Of a stretch of 64,000 nucleotides of DNA, positions 54,659 through 64,000 are shown piece after piece. The position numbers and the translations under genes were made by a program. Numbering within the stretch: position 1 is the stretch's first letter; every line of letters begins with the position of its first letter. The DNA comes from Cenococcum geophilum. Lineage: Eukaryota. Below the pieces are notes generated by a model. The model was not told where the DNA came from. It saw nothing but the letters and a program-made list of their open reading frames with translations, and ran no database searches. The DNA lies in NCBI GenBank assembly GCA_050273025.1, contig CP158635.1:25172001-25236000 (forward strand), given 5' to 3'.

Positions 54659-57329
54659 TGTAACGGGACTAGCCCAGTTATAGTAGGAACGTCTTAGTAA
54701 AACACTCGACATATACAAATTCCGACGCTTTAACTAAATTCTGCCGAACTCTGCCAGCTTAATCGACTTCCGCCAAGTTCTACTAGATCAATTAAATTCT
54801 ACCAAAGTCCGTCAAAGACCGCGTGCGCATATGCGCACGTATCGACCACTAAGACCCCTAATTATTTAATTATAAGATTCTCTTATTATTCCTTTCTCTT
54901 CTTTACGCAACGTCTTATTCTCTATAAGAGCTATATACCCTTAGATTTAGATAGAATTTATATTATTCCTTCAAATCTTCCTTAAAGTCTCTTCGCGCCC
55001 TTATATTATATTACGTTAAAACAACTACTATTAAAATAGTAAATAAACTTAAATCCCCTATAATAACTACGAGTATTATAGCCCTAGTTAGGGAATAGTT
55101 AACTATAATATAACAGTCCTTTATAGATACCTTAGCCTAGCAATAGGCTATATTAGAAGCTTAATACTAGCAATTAATTAGAGCAATCTACGAAGAACTC
55201 TATAACCTTAAGGCACTTATATTAGAAACCCTAATAATAATACTACCTATAAATAAGATTAAAATAACTATATATAAACCCGGCCCGTTAAATATAAACC
55301 CTAAACTAGTAATAGTAGCTTAACCTACGCCTATAACAAACCTAGTACCTATAATAAAATCTAAAAAGCTCCCTAATCCTCTAATATTTAATAGAAATTA
55401 AAATAACCTATATCCCTTTATAATTAAGCTCCGTCTTAAACTTTTAATAAACTATAACTAATACCCTACTAAGGCTAGCAAGGTTAGCTATAGAATATCT
55501 TATTTAAGTAAAGACACTACACAAACTATAGACCTATTCTTCCGTAACGGCACCTTTATTAATTTTAAAATCTTTATCTCTCTACTAGAATAAATATATA
55601 ATAACGCCAGCTATAAATATATAGCTATTACTAAACTTAAAAACCTATAATAATAGAACTAAGACTTTACTAGCTTCCTTTTAGAATTTTTAGGCCTTAT
55701 TAGCAAACTAGATTGGAATAAAGCCGCTAGAGTCGCTACTCTTTAATAAGCTATTTCGGATAAAATTAGAGTATAGTTAGTAGGTAGGGAACTACTAAAG
55801 GACCTACCTAAATTTACTATAATGTGTTAATAAATTAATAAGGACCTTTAATATAATAAATAGACTTATTCTCTAAAGCTAACCACACCTTACGCTTAAA
55901 GCTCTATAAAACTAATATATACCCTAAATTATGACTCCTCTCTAAAACCCAAAAGCCCTATATATAACCCTATAGACCTTAATACTACTTAATTTTATAT
56001 ACCCTTAGGAACTAATAAATAAAGAACCTAAGCTATAAATAGAGAATGCTTTAGATATAGTAAAAAGGGATATATTTAAAGAAATTACCAAACTTACCCT
56101 TTTAAAAAGGTCCGCCGTAGTTCCTCCCAGTCCTTAAATTATACTTATTCTATAAATTATACCTAGTCGCTATAAAGTATCTCGCCTTTAGTTAACTCGG
56201 AAAACAAATTATCCTAGGGCTAAGTCGCGCCTTAAGATAAAAAGTGGAAGAGTATAAGTATCTAGGCTCTTCTAGCGCTAATATATAATATAACTCCCTT
56301 AATATACTTAGAAAATAGAAGGAGGTATAAATCCTAATAGATAGCGGAGCCACTAGTATAGGCTTTATTAATACAAACTACGCAAAAACTTAACGCCTAA
56401 ATTTAAAGAAACTTAATAAGCCCTAAGGCCTGCGAGGCTTTAATAGTAAACCCTTAATATATAGCGAACTAATGCACTACGCTCTTATAAAAATATAGAT
56501 AGGCAAACACCTTAAATATGTTTCCCTATTTATAATACCCCTAAAGCATTATAAGGTAATACTTAGATATAGATAGCTAAAACAATACGACCCTTTAATT
56601 AGCTGGGTTAAAGAAATACTAAAGTTCTATATAACCTACTGTCGAAGCCACTATTTAAAATACTACTTACCTTATAAATATATACACGACTATTTAAATT
56701 TAATATAATATAAATTACCCTTACTATAAACCTTAAACTAATATAATAAAGCTATAACCGCTAATCGCGGTAAAAAATACGAAGATAATATATTAAAGCC
56801 CCTTAAAATTCGTATAATATAAGCCGCACCTATAAGGCAGTATTGCCCAGGTGTACGGTAGGGAGCAGGCAAGCCGAGCATAAGTCACAGGAGAGTTGAT
56901 GGAAGAGGACGATATGGTAATAAGGGTAGGCAATAGCCTAGTACAGAGAGAGACGAACCAATGAGGAGGGAAGGGCTGCAAGCCCGGGGTGCTTATAAGG
57001 AGGTGCCAAGCCTAGCCTTCGGCTAGGCCTTGGCTACCCCTAAGAGCTCCTAGGCGATGCAGCCGAGTAAGGGCCAAAATAACCCTTACATTGCCCCCCC
57101 CTTCGTTAGGGCTGGCCCCCAGCCCGTATACCCAAATGAATTAATTTCTATATACAAAAGAAGGTAAGCAATACAGAAGCCTTGCTTGTACAGGGAAACG
57201 GTCAAAGACCAGCCAAGCAGCCTCGATAAAAACCTTAACCTATGGCCAAAACCCAGTGGGAAAAAAGGCCTAATTAGGTAGGAAAAGAGCGTCTGCTGGT
57301 AAGGTAAGACTTAATCACATACGATTAAT

Positions 57330-59540
57330 CTTAAAGAGACAGCCATATATAGTCAAGTCTCGGTAGCCCTTTAGCTGTCAGCCGGATACTTTCCGGGTTA
57401 ATCACGTAGGATCTTTGAGCCAAAGCTCTATAAGAGACAATCGTCTACGATTAGGTCTCGGTAGCCCTTTCGGCTGGTAACCGGAGAGTCTCCGGGTCGG
57501 AGCCGTAGCTCCGTAAAAGATCATATATGATCTTAGAGCTATATAGCTCTTGAAGCAAGCCGTAGCTTAAGATAAGATCGCGTACGATCGATAAGCTGTA
57601 GCTCTTTTGTGCGTCTTTGACTGACGTCTTAATTGCCTTCCCCCGGCCGCGTAATCAGTTTTTATAAGGAAGTGATGGCTAAATAGCTATACGCGTGTTT
57701 CCTTCCTTCTGAATTGCGCTATTGTAACGGAGTTATATTGGCAAGTCTAAGCCGTAGCTTAGGAAGAGACAACCACATACGGTTAAGTCTTAGCAGCCCT
57801 TTGGCTGACAACCGGAAGCTCTCCGGGTTAAAGCCGTAGCTCTAAGAGATCACATCGGATCTTTAAGCCGAAGCTCTTAAGCGAGCCGTAGCTCTTAAAC
57901 GAGCCGTAGTTCGGGTAAGCCGTAGCTTACGAGATCACCTAGATCTCAGAGCCGAAGCTCTTGGACGAGCCGTAGCTCTAAGAGACAATCGCCTGCGATT
58001 AAGTCTCGGCAGCCCTCAGGCTGATAGCCGGAAACTTTCCGGGTTGGGCCCTGGCCCTTGAGCGATCGCGAACGATCGGAGAGCCGTAGCTCTTGAAGCA
58101 AGCCGAAGCCTTACTGAGAGATCGCGTACGATCTAAGAGCCGAGCTCTTGCGGTAAGCCGTAGCTTACGAGATCACCCAGATCTCAGAGCCGTAGCTCTT
58201 AGACGAGCCGTAGCTCTAAGAGACAATCGCTTTCGATTAAGTCTTGGTAGCTCTCTGGCTGCTATCCGGAGAGTCTCCGGGTCGGGCCGTAGCCCTTGAA
58301 CGAGCCGTAGCTCGGGGTAAGCCGTAGCTTACGAGATCTCCTAGATCTCAGAGCCGAAGCTCTTGAGCGAGCCGTAGCTCTTAAGACAATCGCTTGCGAT
58401 TTAGTCTCGGCAGCCCTTTCGGCTGACAACCAGAGAGTCTCCGGGTCGGAGCCGTAGCTCCATAAGAGATCACATAGATCTTTAAGCCGCCGCCGTTCTC
58501 TTAGGCAGGTTATAGCTCTTAATGCAAGCTGGAGCTCTTGGAGCGACCAAAGCCTTGCAGAAAGATGAGCTCTTAAAGCTGTAGCTGTAGCTTAAGGAAT
58601 AGCATTTCCCCTACCCTTCTTGCGGTCGGCCCCCGATCGCCATTACCTTGCGGTAAAGGGAGATCCTAAGGGCTCGTCCCGGAAGGGGTTCGGAGAGATG
58701 TCGGTATTTAACCGCAATAAGCTAAGCCGTAGCTTTTTAGAGCGAGTGAGCCGTAGCTTTTTGGCGAGCCGTAGCTCTTAAGGTAAGCCGTAGCTCTTAA
58801 AGCAAGTAGTACTTGTGAGATCACATAGGATCTCTAAGCCGAAGCTCTTGAGGTAAGCCGTAGCTTACGAGATCTTATAGATCTCAGAGCCGTAGCTCTT
58901 TGACGAGCCGTAGCTCTAAGAGACAATTACTTTCGATTAAGTCTTAGCAGCTCTTGCTGCTAACCGGAGTCTCCGGGTCGGGCCGTGCCCTTAAGCGAGC
59001 CATAGCTCGGAGATTGCATTTGATCTAGAAGAGAGGGTAGTAGCTGTAGCTTCGGAAGCTAGCCGTCAGGTCTTTAGATAACTATTGAATAGCAATCGGA
59101 TAGCCTCTAGGGTAGCTGTATCTCTTTAAGGACGTTCAACCTTCTAATCTCTGTTGGTGGGACCTCTGTCGCGGGTGAACTGTGGTTAGCCTATTGAGTA
59201 TTTGCAAGCTTGATCGCGTGGATCCCCCTTGACTCCTGCCAGAAAGCCTTTAGATAGTAATCGAATCGCCTTCGGGTCGCCGTCGGGGCAGAGCTGCACC
59301 GCTGCACTACCGATCGTATGGATTCTTTGTGAGCCGTAGCTCGGGGTAAGCCGTAGCTTATGAGATCATCTAGATCTCAGAGCCGTAGCTCTTGAATAAG
59401 CCGTAGCTCTAAGAGATAATTGCTTTCGATTAAGTCTCGGTAGCTCTCTAGCTGCCAACCGGAGAGTCTCCGGGTCGGGCCGTAGCCCTTAGTAAGCCGT
59501 AGCTTACGAGATCACATAGATCTCTGAGCGAAAGCTCTTT
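57330..59540 (-). repeat. Array of short hairpin modules (GAGC-TACG/TTCG-GCTC and relatives); candidate structured RNA
   Basis: About 30-35 GCCGTAGC/GCCGAAGC cores counted by eye, plus ~8 copies of a larger multi-hairpin module. Confidence 0.8.
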
Positions 59541-59669
59541 ACATCTCTTTTAAGGACGTTCAACCTTCCAAGCTCTGTTGGTGGGACCTCTATAGCAAGT
59601 GAACCGCGGTTGGCCTAGAGAGCGTTACCAATCTCCTTAGGAGGTGATCGCGTCCGATCTAGTCTCCCT

Positions 59670-59998
59670 TCTCTAATCCGTATTCCAATTAACCGTTACT
59701 GCGGACGCGATCCCAGACATCTACTAGTGTACCTGCTTATTGCAGCGAACTAATCGGCCTAGGTAAGAGGTAGAGGATTAAGAATTGCTTTTTTCTCCTA
59801 ATCCGTATCTGCCAACCGTTATATGCGGATGCGATCTGCCAGACGTCTTGCTGGTGTAGCTGCTCTGCAGCATACGCGATCGTCCTAGGTAAGGTAGAGG
59901 ACCCGATCCGTATTCCAATAAACCCTTATATGCGGATGCGATCTGCTAGGCGTCTGCTAGTGTAACTGCTCTGCAGTGTACGCGGTCGTCCTAGGTAA
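59670..59998. repeat. Three ~95-130-bp degenerate tandem repeats in the leader of the non-coding LTR element
   Basis: ATCCGTAT...TGCGGA(T/C)GCGATC...CCTAGGTAA occurs three times. Confidence 0.75.
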
Positions 59999-62900
59999 AA
60001 AATGGAGGATCGTGAAATTGCTCGAGGGCGAAGCCCTCGGCTTGCTGCCGGCTACTACCCGGAAGGGTGTAGGATCGGTTTGAATGTAAGGCAGTATTGC
60101 CCAGGTGTACGGTAGGGAGCAGGTAAGCCGAGCATGAGTTACAGGAGAGTCGATAGAAGAGGACGATATGGTAATGAGGGTAGGCAATAGCCTAGTACAG
60201 AGAGAGATGAACCGATGAGGAGGGAAGGGCTGCAAGCCCGAGGTGCTTATAAGGAGGTGCCAAGCCTAGCCTTCGGCTAGGCCTTGGCTACCCCTGAGAG
60301 CTCCTAGGCGATGCAGCCGAGTAAGGGCCAAAATAACCCTTATAGCACCTTTTATTTTATTAGTAAGAAAATAAGACTATAAAATCTTTACTATAATAAT
60401 AGAAGATATTAAGAAAGCACTGGAACCGAAGCAATATATTAACCCTTAACCTCTTATACCTAAGGAGTACTATAATCTAATTAATAAGTTTAAAAAACAA
60501 TTTATAGACTAACTACCCCTATACTAGGATGAATATAATTTTAAAATAGAACTTAAGCCTAGTATAATACTAAAGTTTGGTCCGCTATATAGAATATTAT
60601 AAGAAGAACTACTTATAATGCGATAACACCTTAATAAATATCTAGAAAAGGGATTTATTCGCCCTAGTTAATCTCTATTCGCCTTACCTATACTATTTAT
60701 TAAAAAGCTAGGAGGAGGCTTAAGATTCTATATTAATTACCATGCCCTAAATATAATTACGATTTAAAACTAATATCTAATTCCCTTAATCTAAGAGACG
60801 CTTAACCGCCTATTAAAGGTATAATATTTTATAAAACTTAATATAGTTGCTACCTTTAATTAAATTCGTATCTAAGAAGGTAATAAGAAGTATATAGCCT
60901 TTTGTATACAATAGGGACTCTTTAAATATCTAGTGATACCATTTAGTATAAAGAACGGTCCCGGTACGTTTTAGTAATACATTAATAATATACTTCGTGA
61001 ATTCCTTAACGTGTTTATTACCACGTATATTAATAATATCTTAATCTACTTATCTTCGCTTTCTAAATATTGGAAGTACGTCTAAATAGTCCTTAAACGC
61101 CTACGAGATACGGGCTTATAATGCGATATTAAGAAATACAAGTTCTACGCATCTAAAGTCACGTACTTAGGCCTAATTATATCCCGTGACGGAATTAAAA
61201 TAGACCCTAAAAAAGTTGCTGCAATTATAAACTAGGGAAGCCCTAGTAATATATAAGATATTTAAGGATTTCTAGGATTTATAAATTTCTATTATTAATT
61301 TATTAATTAGTTTTTAAAGATTACCTAACTATTAGTAAACCTAATAAGGAAGAATATAAAATTTAAATAGACTGCTAGATGTAAATAAGCTTTTAATAAC
61401 TTAAAATAGCACTTTATAACCACTCTAATTCTTACCTACTTTAACCCTAACCTTAAATATGTTATTAAAATAGACTTGTCTAATTATACCCTAGGGGGAG
61501 TATTATCGCAATACAATAAGAATAGTGAGCTACGTCTAATAGCCTTTCTCTCCTAAAAGCTCGCCCCTACTAAATTAAACTATGAGATATATAATAAGGA
61601 ACTGCTTATAATTGTTAGATACTTTAAATAATAGCGTCCAGAACTTAAAGGATTATTATTTCCGATATGTGTGTTAACGGACTATAAAAACCTATAGTAC
61701 TTTATAACCACAAAGTAGTTAATATAGCGCTAAATTCATTAGGCCGAATATCTCTTAAAATTTAACTTTAAGATTATATACTAACTAGGTAAACTTAATT
61801 AGAAGCCTAATATATTAATATAACGATTATAAGACTTACCCGCGAACGCTTTAGACGAACGGATTATAAATTAATTATAGATCTTACTGCCTCCTAAACG
61901 TTTTAAGAAACTATATCCTATATTCCTAAATATAGAACTTAATAGAAATAAATTGGAAGTTAATAAATTGGAAATAGAAATTAATAAGTTAATAGAATAC
62001 AAATATAAGAATAATATATGGATAGTAGATATAATAAAAGCAATTTAAATAGGAAAACGATAGTATAAGGATATTATACTCGCCAAATGCGAAATTCGTA
62101 ACGATCGATTATACTATTAATAGAAGATAGTAGTTCCGAATTCCAAACCCTTACGATTTAAGATGCTCAAATTTATATACAATTCCCTTATAGTAGGACA
62201 TCCTAGCTATATAAAGACTTATAAGATTATTTAATAAGTATACTACTAGCCTATAATATATAACTACGTATAAAAATACGTTTAAGTATGCAGAATATGC
62301 GTATATAGGAAGACTTCTCACATAAAGAAACAAGGAGTACTTTAACCGTTGCCAATTCTAATATAAAGATAGCGAGATATCTTAATCGACTTTATAGTTA
62401 ACCTGCCTAATAGTAATAGATTTATAAATATTATAGTAGTTATTAACTATCTTATAAAATTACGATATATAATTCCTATAGACTTAATTAATATAATATT
62501 AGTAGCAGAATATTTTATTAAATACGTCTTTAAGCTATACGGACTTCCTAATTTAATAATATCCGACTATAGAAGCCAGTTTGTTTTAGACTTCTAGCAA
62601 GCCCTATATAAGCAATTAGATATTTAAACTTAACTCTTAACTGCATTTTATCCGGAGATAGATAGTTAAACTAAAATTATAAACGTAATTATAGAACAAT
62701 ACTATAAATATACTGCTCCTACCTATAAGACAACTATGAAAAGTAGCTACCTTTAGCTAAGTTTACTGCGAATAATATAAGAAATAAATTAATAGGCGTA
62801 ATGCTATTCTACGCGACCTACGGACAAGACCCTTGTCTTAGATTTAAACTATAACCTAAAATTAATATAATAGGACCTATAATTAAATAGATTTAGTTAA

Positions 62901-64000
62901 TTAATATATATAACTTTGCTAATTAAATAAATTAGTTAACGGAACTACTATAAAGTAAATTAACGTACGCTTAAATAGTATAGGAATGGTATATAAATAA
63001 AGAACAAGCTCCTGCGTAGGACTTTAAGGAAGGTAATATAGTTTACCTAAATATACAAAATATAAAGACTTAACGGCCCTTAAAGAAACTTAATTAGAAG
63101 TTTATAGGCCTATACCAAATTAAGAAGAAACTAAGCCTATACGCCTATAAGCTTAAACTACCAACTAAGATAAAAATACATCCGACGTTTTATATAAGCT
63201 TACTATAACCTTTAAAGGGAGAACCTATAACTTACGAAGTGCCGCTACTACCTCCTATAATTATTAATAATAGTAACAGTTCCTACTTTATTAACTTAAT
63301 TAATAATATATAATAGAAAACATAATCTAAATAATTTAAACTTCTTATTAAGTAGGAAGGATATAAAACACAAACTTAGGAAACCTATAACTAGATTAAG
63401 ACTAACGCGCCTTCCCTAGTAAAAGAATTCTATAAAGACTATCTTTTATAGTCTACTTTAGCTAAATAGACATAATGTAAAGGTAAATAATTGCTACCTA
63501 ATATAAATATACGAAATATAATAGTAGGAAGCTCGAATTTAAAAAGAACTTAAAATATATTATAATGTTTGTAATACGGTTATATAATATATAAGATATT
63601 AAGGAACTTTAACTAGCGGTTAAAGTTATCTAATTAGTTAGATTTACCTTGCTAAGACCTACTATAAAGATATTAGTTCTACTTACCGCCTTAACTAAGC
63701 TAATAGCGATTTTCTATCCTAGGGATAGAAAATCCTAATTAGTCTATTTAATAATAGAACCGGCAAAACTCTATACCGCCACCTAACGCAAGTATATAAA
63801 TACAATAAGTAATAAGTCTCGACTAAAATTAAATTATTTTAGACCTTTAACTAAAGGGGGGGGTACTATAACGGGACTAGCCTAGTTATAGAAGGAACGT
63901 CTCGGTAAAACACTTAACATATATGAATTCCGACGCTTTAACTAAATTCTACCAAACTCTGCTAGCTTAATTAACTTCTGCCAAGTTCTACTAGATCAAT

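Larger units (their letters stand above)
56831..60344 (-). mobile_element. Non-autonomous, non-coding LTR element (3514 bp) with an internal hairpin array
   Basis: 260-bp LTRs 56831-57090 and 60085-60344; TSD GCACC (56826-56830, 60345-60349); C-run at 57094-57101 is a PPT on the minus strand; no gag/pol remnants recognised. Confidence 0.92.
54659..64000 (+). mobile_element. Ty3/Gypsy family C, near full length, RIP-inactivated
   Basis: 5' LTR from 54659 (to ~55010) repeated from 63867 after a poly-G PPT; protease 'LIDSGATSIGFI' (~56335), RT (60600-61200), RNase H, integrase and chromodomain remnants. Confidence 0.9.

Noticed and set aside
58093..58299. 68-aa Arg/Ser-rich ORF
   Set aside because: By-product of the hairpin repeats; sibling repeat units contain stops.
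57330..59540. CRISPR array or hammerhead retrozyme
   Set aside because: Eukaryotic context, no constant repeat with unique spacers, no cas genes, and no CUGANGA/GAAA hammerhead core found by eye.
56793..60235. Paired ORFs MQPFPPH... at 56793-56981 and 59957-60235
   Set aside because: Both lie in the LTR copies and run out into unrelated flanks.

Overview
Window from a filamentous-ascomycete genome (inferred from pervasive RIP-type C>T/G>A decay: TpA excess, stop-riddled transposon ORFs). It is almost entirely a nest of decayed transposons. These include three Ty3/Gypsy chromovirus families, one Ty1/Copia, two Tad1-like LINE copies, two copies of a ~1 kb SINE-like element, two tyrosine-recombinase (DIRS/Ngaro-like) retroelements, a minisatellite-filled TA-targeting TIR element, and pogo-like and hAT ends. 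One ~1.5 kb island has escaped RIP and holds an intact three-exon gene (40092-41074, 291 aa) that resembles fungal gasdermin-like pore formers. Three other signals stand out: (i) a 3.5 kb non-coding LTR element filled with ~30+ covarying hairpins capped by C(UNCG)G tetraloops on its sense strand; (ii) one palindromic cassette shared at the 3' end of a DIRS-like, a Copia and a Gypsy element; (iii) an antisense, apparently spliced Zn2Cys6-like/coiled-coil gene carried by one Gypsy family. Protein motifs quoted for decayed elements are my by-eye de-RIP readings; no database search was run.
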